From Candidatus Thorarchaeota archaeon (GTDB taxonomy: Archaea; Asgardarchaeota; Thorarchaeia; Thorarchaeales; Thorarchaeaceae), in NCBI GenBank assembly GCA_048882385.1, contig JBHLRQ010000076.1:1-15789 (forward strand): a DNA stretch of 15,789 bases. Direction: 5' to 3'. The stretch's first letter is position 1, and each line of letters starts with the position of its first letter. Shown here piece after piece: positions 9,301 to 15,789 of this stretch. Position numbers and translations under genes: made by a program. Below the pieces are notes generated by a model. The model was not told where the DNA came from. It did no database searches and saw only the letters and a list, made by a program, of their open reading frames with translations.

Positions 9301-9890
9301 ATGCGACGAATTCAAGCATCTACTCATACACCGTAGTCAATCAACCTCCAGAGGCTCCCATCCTCATTGATCCAGGAACTACAATCTCTGTTGACAACTT
9401 TGTACTGGATTGGACAGAATCCTTTGACCTGGAAGGCGCAATTGACCACTACTTTGTCCAGATGGCCGCTGACAGTGGATTCAGTCTTATTCTAGGCGAG
9501 TGGAATGTCACTCTGTCAGAACGTTCATTCACAGGTATGGCAAATGGAGTCTATTATTTCCGAGTCCTTGCTGTGGATGACCATGAAGCGTACAGTGTCT
9601 GGAGTAATGTTGAATCGATTGAAATTCAAGTTGGTTCTACAACAACTACTACTACAACAACTACAACTACGACAACCACAACCACAACTACAACGACTAC
9701 AACGGACACCACCACAACAACTACCACAGACACTACAACCACAACGACAACAGATGGAGGTCTCTTTGATCCCGATATTCTGAGCCTAGTGTTTCTAGCG
9801 GTCACAGTAGGGTCTATGGTCATCATAATAATCGTAGTCATAGCTATAGTCAAACAGAGAGCGGCTGCTCGAAGAAAGTATAATTTCTAA
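6306..9890 (+). CDS. Large secreted, C-terminally anchored surface glycoprotein: two alpha/beta (class I GATase-like/DUF4350-like) domains, three Ig-like+FN3 repeats, poly-Thr linker, TM anchor
   Basis: Signal peptide MKAKSTITILLVLLMTSSVFVV. FN3 signatures (W...IDHYE.Q...Y/FYFRVR.VDD...WS). Many N-x-S/T sequons, Thr linker, TM helix and basic tail KQRAAARRKYNF. ATG 6306 preferred, GTG 6297 is an alternative. Confidence 0.9.
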   Translation: MKAKSTITILLVLLMTSSVFVVNTAIPATTNANPRTLEVSKAPETSAEAPSISPPHILVYTEFTNDSAGREYENTMTAINNTYGTNYYQTNLTDYTNLDSLLTGKDILLIPEQENANVATMKAIGTAWASTLMTFVDSGGVVVMLDFGNESAPGLGLHIYNQSGLMSFGPVLGQYPSAALMEMHQHTFNDALCRRIEYRWTPRSHTFAVTNTDGVNAIDDYSTDNRVVIHKTLGKGHIVFMGFDLSDPGPNYEQILGNAIRLPNHVVFDKSQQTEYRWRWPPPNPDGFQGGAFVDDLVEAGFAVSGMDTLDAAFLNASAVVICTPPYQYIDDYDAAEIAIFDAYVADGGSIFIQSDYGIFGDDIAALANNFGYFFSRDSLLDTDNLQRYWRESQIYYTGDNLLSHPITTNVERVEFYASDAFSALPANAERIIVTDWDRTTCWSEGGWWADWLGADGLTTMAVSEYGSGRVSVVLDGNFMDGINDEDSDGLEDYLDSDNDVLLLNTIHWLAGIEAVNDAPLLSDLTHTPSSLTDGDPVTVYVNATDTDGLANITCQYRDNLGGWVNVSMTPLGGDQYSASIGNFNISEEKDYYVRAFDSSTDMMESVTEVVYLNGINFFPDTPMLYDPGTTDNDGIFLLNWTASVDADGYIDHYEIQVSLSSQFLDTYALIDAYTDDYMMTVYDNDSYYFRVRAVDDDGTVGFWSFQQSINVVIIQGPIVSTPVLTPASPVHGDKVNVSVDVTDQDGVKNVTCYYRVNSGSWQNATMTNQTGDMYNCSLGTYFVDDIVEYYIKAFDNSTSYNPTTTITYSFEILNQPPTEPTLYDPGTLITTSNLTVSWTAGFDLEGAIDHYELQMSSLDDFSSIINQWSAPTTEYEVSGLTNGTFYFRVRTVDDRDAISPWSNIESISVDLSGPSISVPILSPVNPVHGDSVTVKVNVTDPSGIKNVTCYYRFNSGSWQFVGMALGTGNEYSCGIGSVSVDDFVEYFIESYDNSPNFNATNSSIYSYTVVNQPPEAPILIDPGTTISVDNFVLDWTESFDLEGAIDHYFVQMAADSGFSLILGEWNVTLSERSFTGMANGVYYFRVLAVDDHEAYSVWSNVESIEIQVGSTTTTTTTTTTTTTTTTTTTTTTDTTTTTTTDTTTTTTTDGGLFDPDILSLVFLAVTVGSMVIIIIVVIAIVKQRAAARRKYNF
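7854..9630 (+). repeat. Three tandem ~197-199 aa intragenic repeats, each an Ig-like domain plus an FN3 domain
   Basis: Units start near 7854, 8451 and 9042. Recurring motifs P..GD.V.V.V..TD..G..N.TC.YR.N.G.W, P..P.L.DPGT, D.(D/E)G.IDHY and YFRV..VDD. Units 2 and 3 are more similar to each other than to unit 1. Confidence 0.88.
9639..9752 (+). repeat. ACN-codon low-complexity tract encoding a poly-Thr linker
   Basis: Run of ACA/ACT/ACC/ACG codons interrupted by two GAC (Asp) codons. It explains the antisense poly-Val ORF. Confidence 0.95.
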
Positions 9891-9907
9891 ACAAAGATGT
9901 GTGAAAA

Positions 9908-10492
9908 TTGAACGAATACAGAACTTACACTCCCACCTCGCGATTTGACCCTCCTGAAGAGGGGCTAATGCCTGGAGAGAGTATCGTATGGACCCGAAGA
10001 GCAGGGATTGGATTTTGGACCATCTTCTTTGGATTCATCATTGTGATAGGCGGACCTGTACTGGTCGTAGTTGGCATTGAGGACTTAGGGTTCCTAATAC
10101 TCCTTCCAGTCCTTGTCTTAGTTGTAATCAGCATCCTCATTCTGATTTCACGGTTGATTCAAACCAAGAGAACGAGGTATTATCTGACAAGCGAGAGAAT
10201 TCTTGAAACCCGGGGCGGGCGTGTACTCAAGGAGATCCCTCTCCATCATTTCGCAGGCAAGCCCATTGGGCAATTTCTCGAATCTCGTGTCACTCACAGG
10301 TCAAATAACCAGCCAATCTATACAATACGGATCTACGATCCAATGTCCGATGATGTTTTTGAGATAAAGGGTCAGGATTACCACTCTACCAGGGCATTCG
10401 AGAGAATAGGTGATGTGCTTGAGTGTCCATATTGTCACTTTGACAATACTGCCCTAAGCACAACATGCAAGAACTGCGGTGCAGTCTTTTAG
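9908..10492 (+). CDS. Membrane protein with two TM helices, a putative bacterial-PH-like domain and a C-terminal zinc ribbon
   Basis: LMPGESIVW N-terminus and TRYYLTSERIL after the TM hairpin resemble bPH-type proteins. C-terminal CPYC-x10-CKNC. TTG start 17 nt after the upstream stop. Confidence 0.75.
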   Translation: MNEYRTYTPTSRFDPPEEGLMPGESIVWTRRAGIGFWTIFFGFIIVIGGPVLVVVGIEDLGFLILLPVLVLVVISILILISRLIQTKRTRYYLTSERILETRGGRVLKEIPLHHFAGKPIGQFLESRVTHRSNNQPIYTIRIYDPMSDDVFEIKGQDYHSTRAFERIGDVLECPYCHFDNTALSTTCKNCGAVF

Positions 10493-10539
10493 ACCACCAC
10501 GATGAAAACAATATGTTCTGGAATTAGGATTATCAGCTC

Positions 10540-11025
10540 TTGAGTCTTATCAGAAACATTATGAATCGCTACGACTTGCTGATCATACTTGGCTTGGTAG
10601 TTCTCATTGCCTCACCTATTGTAGTTGTGGTATACAGGTTCACAGAACCTCCCATACCATTGGCTTATCCCATAGGTCTCTGGCCAGTTGACAATCCCCT
10701 TGTCATTTCAGGTAGTGTCACAGTATGGTTTAGCTTTGTATGGCTTGTCCTGAGCGCAATTCAGGCACTAAATATCGCAAATACGACAAGAGGAAGTTAC
10801 AGACTGGTGTTCGCATGGATTATTCTTGTCTTTACGATAGTGATTCAGAACGCAATAATCACCCAATATGTTGTTCCACAAATCGAATTTTGGAGTGATG
10901 CGTCTAGACACATTGAGGTCAACATTATCCCACAAATGGTCCTCAACTGCAGTCTTGTCTTCTATTCAATCAGTCGACAGATAAACCATCGTGATACTCA
11001 CACATCAGAAATCATCGACATGTGA
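10540..11025 (+). CDS. Hypothetical membrane protein (about 4 TM)
   Basis: 161-aa ORF with four hydrophobic segments, on the same strand as its neighbours. Start TTG 10540 or ATG 10561. No family recognised. Confidence 0.65.
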   Translation: MSLIRNIMNRYDLLIILGLVVLIASPIVVVVYRFTEPPIPLAYPIGLWPVDNPLVISGSVTVWFSFVWLVLSAIQALNIANTTRGSYRLVFAWIILVFTIVIQNAIITQYVVPQIEFWSDASRHIEVNIIPQMVLNCSLVFYSISRQINHRDTHTSEIIDM

Positions 11026-11050
11026 AGATATGCGACATGTATATTCACCA

Positions 11051-11143
11051 GAACTACTGAACTATGACAACATAGCGCTCAGTTCGCCATACTGGAACTA
11101 TGTTGTAGTCCCTTTGATTATCAACATAGTTGTTTCAAACCAG
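11051..11143. repeat. Cluster of inverted and direct repeats (CAACATAG / CTATGTTG / CAACATAG; GAACTA x3)
   Basis: CAACATAG 11068-11075, AACTATGTTG 11096-11105, CAACATAGTT 11122-11131 (perfect 10-bp inverted repeat with the middle copy). GAACTA at 11051, 11059 and 11095. Confidence 0.8.
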
Positions 11144-11194
11144 ACTAAGGTTTATCTCCCTCCAAAGGAATTCATCATTAAGAAGGACAAATCT

Positions 11195-11449
11195 ATGTAT
11201 GAGTCACCTATGTGTACATCGAACGAATCTAGTGATGACTCATGGTTAACCGAAGAAAGGTCTATTTTTGCCAATCTTGATCTTGCAATCATTATTATCG
11301 CAGTTATGTTGTTCTTTGGTATCTGGGCTCTGGGTGTTTCCCCTTTTGAAAATCCACTCCTATTTCTTATGACTGTGATTGTTTTTCTGATTGTAATAAC
11401 CATCAGATATGGAGTAGCCAAAGCACTATTTGGAGGTCTACGAAAGTAA
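11195..11449 (+). CDS. Small two-TM hypothetical membrane protein
   Basis: 3' half of ORF 10991-11449: acidic N-terminus, two TM helices and a basic C-terminus. Start placed at ATG 11195 (AAGGA upstream) or ATG 11210. The upstream part of the ORF overlaps the previous gene and the repeat element. Confidence 0.6.
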   Translation: MYESPMCTSNESSDDSWLTEERSIFANLDLAIIIIAVMLFFGIWALGVSPFENPLLFLMTVIVFLIVITIRYGVAKALFGGLRK

Positions 11450-11537
11450 TTTGTTAACCTACCAACATATGAAAGCAGAAGACATGTAAGCAGAATTAGA
11501 ACCACTTCAACAGTCTGAAGCACAGGAGTCATTTCAA

Positions 11538-12320
11538 CTGAAGAACAAGATCTTCTACTTTACAGGAACAGGCAACTCACTAATGGTAGCGAGGAAAATT
11601 GGGGAGCTCATTGGAAACACAGAAGTGTCTTCCATTGTAGGAACTGAAGAGGAGCGTCCTAGCAAAAGATACGAAACTATTGGTATTGTCTTTCCTGTCT
11701 ATTGGGGAGGTCTACCTCTCAAAGTTCTGAACTTCCTTCCAAAATTGAAAGAGTACAAAGAGAGTTACATTTTCGGAGTTGCTACACATGCTGGAGGACC
11801 AGATAGTGTAATCTCACAGCTCAGACATGAATTAAAGCAGATTGATCTAGACCTTGCAGCAGGATTCATACTCAGGATGCCCTCGAACTACATTCTCGGT
11901 TATAGCGCTCCTAATGCAAGCAACATACAAACTCATCTGACTAATGCAGAACGGACCATCACTAAATTTGTAGACTTAATCAGAAATAGAGAGAAAAACC
12001 AGCCATCCTCTTTCTCTGGTCGGTCAAGAAGTTATGTAAAATTCTTAACCGAAGTTCAAAAGTCAGACGAGAAATTCTGGGTTGACGATAACTGTTCAGA
12101 ATGTGAACTCTGTTCAAGAGTATGCCCTGTCCGAAATGTTCGGATGAATGATGGCAAGCCTGAGTGGATGCACCACTGTGAACAATGTCTTGCCTGTATC
12201 AACTGGTGCCCTGAAAGTGCCATTCAATTTGGGAGTAGCACTGAAAGAAGTGGTCGTTATGCAAATCCTAGAGTAACAATTGAAGATATGGAACGTCAGA
12301 GAAATTCAAAGTCTTTTTAG
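11538..12320 (+). CDS. EFR1-family ferredoxin (N-terminal flavodoxin-like domain + 2x[4Fe-4S] domain)
   Basis: The in-frame region upstream of ATG 11583 encodes KNKIFYFTGTGNSL (flavodoxin loop). IGIVFPVY, MPSNYI, CSECELCSRVCP and CEQCLACINWCP are present. Start inferred at CTG 11538 behind AGGAG. Confidence 0.9.
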   Translation: MKNKIFYFTGTGNSLMVARKIGELIGNTEVSSIVGTEEERPSKRYETIGIVFPVYWGGLPLKVLNFLPKLKEYKESYIFGVATHAGGPDSVISQLRHELKQIDLDLAAGFILRMPSNYILGYSAPNASNIQTHLTNAERTITKFVDLIRNREKNQPSSFSGRSRSYVKFLTEVQKSDEKFWVDDNCSECELCSRVCPVRNVRMNDGKPEWMHHCEQCLACINWCPESAIQFGSSTERSGRYANPRVTIEDMERQRNSKSF

Positions 12321-12365
12321 CAAATCTACCCTATTTCCATTAGACCTATTGATGAAAGGTGAGTT

Positions 12366-13079
12366 TTGGTGACAACAGTTCTTGCAATCAATGGTAGTGC
12401 ACGTATGGAGAAGGGGCATACGCACAAGGTTCTGACTGCGTTTCTTGATGGAATGGTAGAGGCTAATGCGAAGGTTGAAACAGTTTTCGCTAAGCGTCTT
12501 AAGATCAGACCCTGTCTGGGCGACTTCCAGTGCTGGTTTGAAAAGGTCGGAAAATGCATCCAGAAAGATGACATGGAACAGCTCCTTCAAAAAATGAGAG
12601 GGGTTGATATTCTCGTACTTGCTATTCCTGTCTATCTGCCCCTGCCAGGTGAGATGCAAAACCTACTGAATAGACTCATGCCAATTGTAGAACCTCTGTT
12701 GGAGTTTCATGAGGGACGAACGCGTGCAAAGTTCCATGACGATGTCAAAATATCAAAGATAGTACTCGTGTCTGTAGGAGGTTGGTGGGAGAAAGAAAAC
12801 CTTGACACTGTGGTCAGAATTACCAAGGATATTGCTAGAGATGTCAATATTGAGTTTTCAGGAGCTATTCTAAGACCGCATGCATTTCTTATGGCGGAGT
12901 ATGAGGAGAAGGCAGAAGAGATTCTGAATGCAACAAAGAATGCTGGAGCCCAACTCATCAAAGAGGAAAAGATGTCTCAAGATACTCTAGAAGTCATCAG
13001 CCAACCGCTACAATCTGAGAAGGACCTGAGGGACCGGTACAATAGGATGTATCAAAAAGCAAAGGAATCCAGTTCCTAA
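12366..13079 (+). CDS. Flavodoxin-fold protein, iron-sulfur flavoprotein / NADPH-dependent FMN reductase family
   Basis: VLAINGSAR...G.T, PCLGDFQCW...KCIQKDDM and DILVLAIPVY motifs. AGGTGA ribosome-binding site at 12357-12362 before the TTG/GTG start. Confidence 0.9.
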   Translation: MVTTVLAINGSARMEKGHTHKVLTAFLDGMVEANAKVETVFAKRLKIRPCLGDFQCWFEKVGKCIQKDDMEQLLQKMRGVDILVLAIPVYLPLPGEMQNLLNRLMPIVEPLLEFHEGRTRAKFHDDVKISKIVLVSVGGWWEKENLDTVVRITKDIARDVNIEFSGAILRPHAFLMAEYEEKAEEILNATKNAGAQLIKEEKMSQDTLEVISQPLQSEKDLRDRYNRMYQKAKESSS

Positions 13080-13187
13080 GGAGGAAGGAGTTGGTTCTAT
13101 TCCAAAGCTTGATTGTTTGTAAAAAATGAAATCCCTTTCAATCACTTTTTATCTACAGCTTTTTACCCCCAAATGGAGTCCTTTCCC

Positions 13188-14090
13188 ATGCAGAACATTT
13201 TCGCTGACTTTGTTGCCTTCATTCGAAGTTTTCTCGAACCATTTCAATTAGGTGGATTTGCAGAAGCTGTTGCGATCATCCCATTCCTTGTTTTCATCTA
13301 TGTGCTATACCTCATCGTGATGCGTACAATTACAATCACGTTTAGAAAAGTGGGTATGCCAAAAGAAGCAACGAGCGGCATCAGACTCATGGTGCGAATA
13401 CTCTTTCTGGCATTTGGACTCACAACACTGCTCTCAGCTACTACAATCATCCCCCCGGAAGCAATTCTGACAGGTAGTGCCCTGTTTGGAACTGCTATCG
13501 GTCTGGCATTCTCTAAAGCACTCTCCAATATGGTGAGTGGGTTCTATGTATTGGCGGCTAGACCTTTTCGAGTTGGGGACTATATCAAGATTGGAGATAT
13601 TGAGGGAATAGTGCAAGAGATAACCCTCAATTACACAAGACTCCTCCAACCGGATTACACGAGGGAGTATGTGCCCAACAGCAAGGTTGTTGACTCACAG
13701 TTGACGAACTACCGAAGACGGATTGATGACCTCATGATGGAGAGAGGTCGTGAATACCATGAAGACCGCACATCATCGAGTAGAGTGCAATTTGCACTAG
13801 AAGGCCTTCGATCACTTACAAAGGGCACCGAGGTCTATCAATACACCTTTGAAGTTCATGTGCACAAGGACTTCAACCTTGATTCGGTTCATAGTTACTT
13901 TGATAGTGTATGTGAGAAGTGGAAAGATGAATTCATAGAGAAACCAGAGGTTATCTTCTGGGGTGAAACGATGTTCGGGATTATTTACAAAATATCTTAC
14001 ATCGTGTCTGAGCCTATGGAGATTATTGGAAAAGGTGGGGATTTCTACCACGTAATCTCACGTTTCCAACATGAGCTAAAGAATCCTTAA
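13188..14090 (+). CDS. mscS: Small-conductance mechanosensitive channel (MscS family)
   Basis: Three TM helices, then AIGLAFSKALSNMVSG, RPFRVGDYIKIG, EGIVQEITLNYT and VPNS. Start placed at ATG 13188 behind GGAG; ATG 13173 is an alternative. Confidence 0.9.
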   Translation: MQNIFADFVAFIRSFLEPFQLGGFAEAVAIIPFLVFIYVLYLIVMRTITITFRKVGMPKEATSGIRLMVRILFLAFGLTTLLSATTIIPPEAILTGSALFGTAIGLAFSKALSNMVSGFYVLAARPFRVGDYIKIGDIEGIVQEITLNYTRLLQPDYTREYVPNSKVVDSQLTNYRRRIDDLMMERGREYHEDRTSSSRVQFALEGLRSLTKGTEVYQYTFEVHVHKDFNLDSVHSYFDSVCEKWKDEFIEKPEVIFWGETMFGIIYKISYIVSEPMEIIGKGGDFYHVISRFQHELKNP

Positions 14091-14139
14091 ACAAGTGAGA
14101 AAGCAAGTGGATTTGCTCATTCAAACTGTCTATTCAGAA

Positions 14140-15789
14140 CTAACTAGATCTATCGATCAGCTCGAAGAATCTCATCATCTTCTTCTCCCAGTCTGGTGGC
14201 TGTTGATGACCAAAACCCTCTGCTATGTGGATCTCAATTTCTGGATTCAACTCAAGTAATCTATCATGAACAGGCTTGAGTTCTGAATAGCTCACATTGA
14301 GATCGTCCGCACCATGGAAAATGATCAGGTTTGTCTGTGCTATCTTTTTCAATGAGTCCTCTGTGGCTAAGTCCTGAACAACTTCTGACCTGTTATATGC
14401 CTTCATTGAACCACTGATAATCATGAGGTTTCTATAGAGATCTGGCCTCTTATGGAAAGCTTTGAGCACTCCAAACCCTCCCATTGAGAAACCTGAAATG
14501 ACTACTTTCTCTTGAGGAATTGAAAACAGCTTCATCATCTTCTCAGTGATCTCAATAATCTCTTGTACGGATTCTTCTGGCAAATAGGAATGTGATTCTC
14601 CTCTGGCAAGAGGAGCAACAACTATCATCTTGGTCCGATCAAATTTGTCTAGTGGTCCTGCGTTTTTCAATGAGCGTTCGTCATTCGTGCCACTTCCATG
14701 CAGCACGACAATGAGACCTGATTTGCCTCTATCATAAGTGGGAGGAATGTATATGGAATAGGGCTGAAGTGTATCATCCTGCTTACTTCTTAAACCCATT
14801 CTCAGTTGTTCACCCTTGCCAAATAGTGATTTACCAGACTCCACCTGCTTCATAGCCTTCTCAAGTCTCTCAATCAACTCTTGGATATGCCATGGAGATT
14901 GGTGTGGTTTGAGTGATTCAATCTCATTGTGTAATGATTCTAACATCCATTCTATTGTAACAAGACTCTCTTTCATTTCCAGATTATCTGTGTTGTTTTT
15001 ACTGAGTTCACATACTTTCGCTTCGATTAGAGAAATTCTCTCAGAATCAAAAATAAGAACCTCCAGCCTGATTGATTCTTCTCCTAAACAAACTTCAAGG
15101 CAATTTCTGCCAGTATCCAAAACTGTTGTATCAAATTCTATCTCTACATAATTCAATCCTTTTGATAGACCCACTTTCTTGCAAACAAGAGTTTTTCCAT
15201 CCGTCACCATCGATGCCTCAAGCTCAACATCTGAAGGTGAATTCACGCCGCACTGCACAAAACCCCGTTCTCCCTTTGAATAATGCTTGCTCTTCAATGA
15301 ACATTCTATTTCAAATCCTTCAATGGGTGTCTGAGGATTTTCGAGATTATACACAACATAGTCCCGAAGCTCCTGTTCAGCCATAATCTTCCAACCTGAG
15401 ATTAGTGAATAGTACTGAACAGGGTATTCAGCCTCGATTGGTTGAGGAACTATGATGTTGAAACCTATCCTCTTCGTGAGAAAAGGTCCGAGGGGGTCTG
15501 CATATTGCCATGGCGCCATCGCGAGCATGTAAGTGTAACCATCGTCGATTTCCACCTCAATTACAGCATCATCGATTTTCTTGAACACTAAGTCAATATC
15601 CTTGTAGTATACAAAGAACCGTGACCACTGTAATTCCTCTCTCTCCTCAAGGGGACAGGTTCCAAACACAGTGAAGATATCTGAGAGTTCATCATTTTTT
15701 CGAGGTTCAACAAGCTGAAAGACAAATCCTCCACCATGCTGATAAGCTCGGTCTCTTGATTTCATATCAGTCTGGTTGATTCTAAGAAC
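14140..15789 (-). CDS. Multidomain alpha/beta-hydrolase (esterase/peptidase-like C-terminal domain), 5'-truncated by the window edge
   Basis: DDTLQPYSIYIP, VVLHGSG, GFSMGG, FHGADD and GFGH give a complete Ser-Asp-His triad. The frame stays open upstream of ATG 15765 to the window end (VLRINQTD-M), so the real start is probably outside the window. Confidence 0.85.
   Translation of the reverse strand, partial: VLRINQTDMKSRDRAYQHGGGFVFQLVEPRKNDELSDIFTVFGTCPLEEREELQWSRFFVYYKDIDLVFKKIDDAVIEVEIDDGYTYMLAMAPWQYADPLGPFLTKRIGFNIIVPQPIEAEYPVQYYSLISGWKIMAEQELRDYVVYNLENPQTPIEGFEIECSLKSKHYSKGERGFVQCGVNSPSDVELEASMVTDGKTLVCKKVGLSKGLNYVEIEFDTTVLDTGRNCLEVCLGEESIRLEVLIFDSERISLIEAKVCELSKNNTDNLEMKESLVTIEWMLESLHNEIESLKPHQSPWHIQELIERLEKAMKQVESGKSLFGKGEQLRMGLRSKQDDTLQPYSIYIPPTYDRGKSGLIVVLHGSGTNDERSLKNAGPLDKFDRTKMIVVAPLARGESHSYLPEESVQEIIEITEKMMKLFSIPQEKVVISGFSMGGFGVLKAFHKRPDLYRNLMIISGSMKAYNRSEVVQDLATEDSLKKIAQTNLIIFHGADDLNVSYSELKPVHDRLLELNPEIEIHIAEGFGHQQPPDWEKKMMRFFELIDRSS

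Noticed and set aside
9626-9853. Antisense poly-Val ORF and overlapping Gln-rich ORF 9505-9783
   Set aside because: Both are shadows of the ACN poly-Thr tract.
10470-10492. C-terminal ...CGAVF as a CAAX substrate for the Rce1/ICMT-like pair
   Set aside because: The Cys is fifth from the end, not fourth, and is the last ligand of a CxxC...CxxC zinc ribbon.
11060-11110. SECIS element or CRISPR mini-array
   Set aside because: ATGA precedes a stem, but the matching 3' GA and apical AA are missing and I see no UGA-interrupted selenoprotein. The repeats are short and inverted, with no repeat-spacer periodicity or cas genes.
10991-11194. N-terminal 68 codons of ORF 10991-11449
   Set aside because: They overlap the upstream gene and run through the inverted-repeat element. 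Better ATG starts exist at 11195 and 11210.
11152-11532. 126-aa minus-strand ORF
   Set aside because: It is antisense to the two-TM gene inside a plus-strand gene run and has no recognisable motif.
12318-12368. TAG readthrough (pyrrolysine) fusing the in-frame ferredoxin and flavoprotein genes
   Set aside because: A second in-frame stop (TGA 12360-12362) intervenes and is part of the downstream gene's AGGTGA ribosome-binding site. Both proteins look complete.
212-15386. Remaining short ORFs nested in or antisense to the called genes (e.g. 1396-1752, 4883-5137, 6792-7172, 12306-12659, 14816-15151)
   Set aside because: They overlap well-supported CDSs almost entirely and lack motifs or independent signals.

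Overview
A gene-dense, moderately AT-rich prokaryotic window that looks archaeal: GGTGA/GGAG-type ribosome-binding sites, TATA-like boxes and frequent GTG/TTG starts. Its protein styles suggest an Asgard archaeon, possibly Thorarchaeia. These are a large sequon-rich surface protein with a poly-Thr linker and C-terminal anchor, and a membrane protein with a C-terminal zinc ribbon. That taxonomy is inference only. Contents, left to right: carboxylesterase and GPH-family MFS transporter (-), ICMT/Ste14-like methyltransferase (+) converging on a three-gene minus-strand operon (81-aa hypothetical, PNPOx-like protein, CPBP/Rce1-like protease), an orphan membrane histidine kinase (-) divergent from a ~1190-aa FN3/Ig-repeat surface glycoprotein (+), three small membrane proteins, an EFR1-type flavodoxin-ferredoxin, an Isf-like flavoprotein, an MscS channel, and a 5'-truncated multidomain alpha/beta-hydrolase (-). 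I see no rRNA, tRNA, CRISPR array or mobile element. Best leads: (1) a non-coding element at ~11022-11143 with three alternating-orientation CTATGTTG/CAACATAG copies that can form mutually exclusive hairpins; (2) adjacent homologues of the two eukaryotic CAAX post-prenylation enzyme families; (3) the surface protein architecture; (4) an apparent CTG start codon. None is proven novel without database searches.
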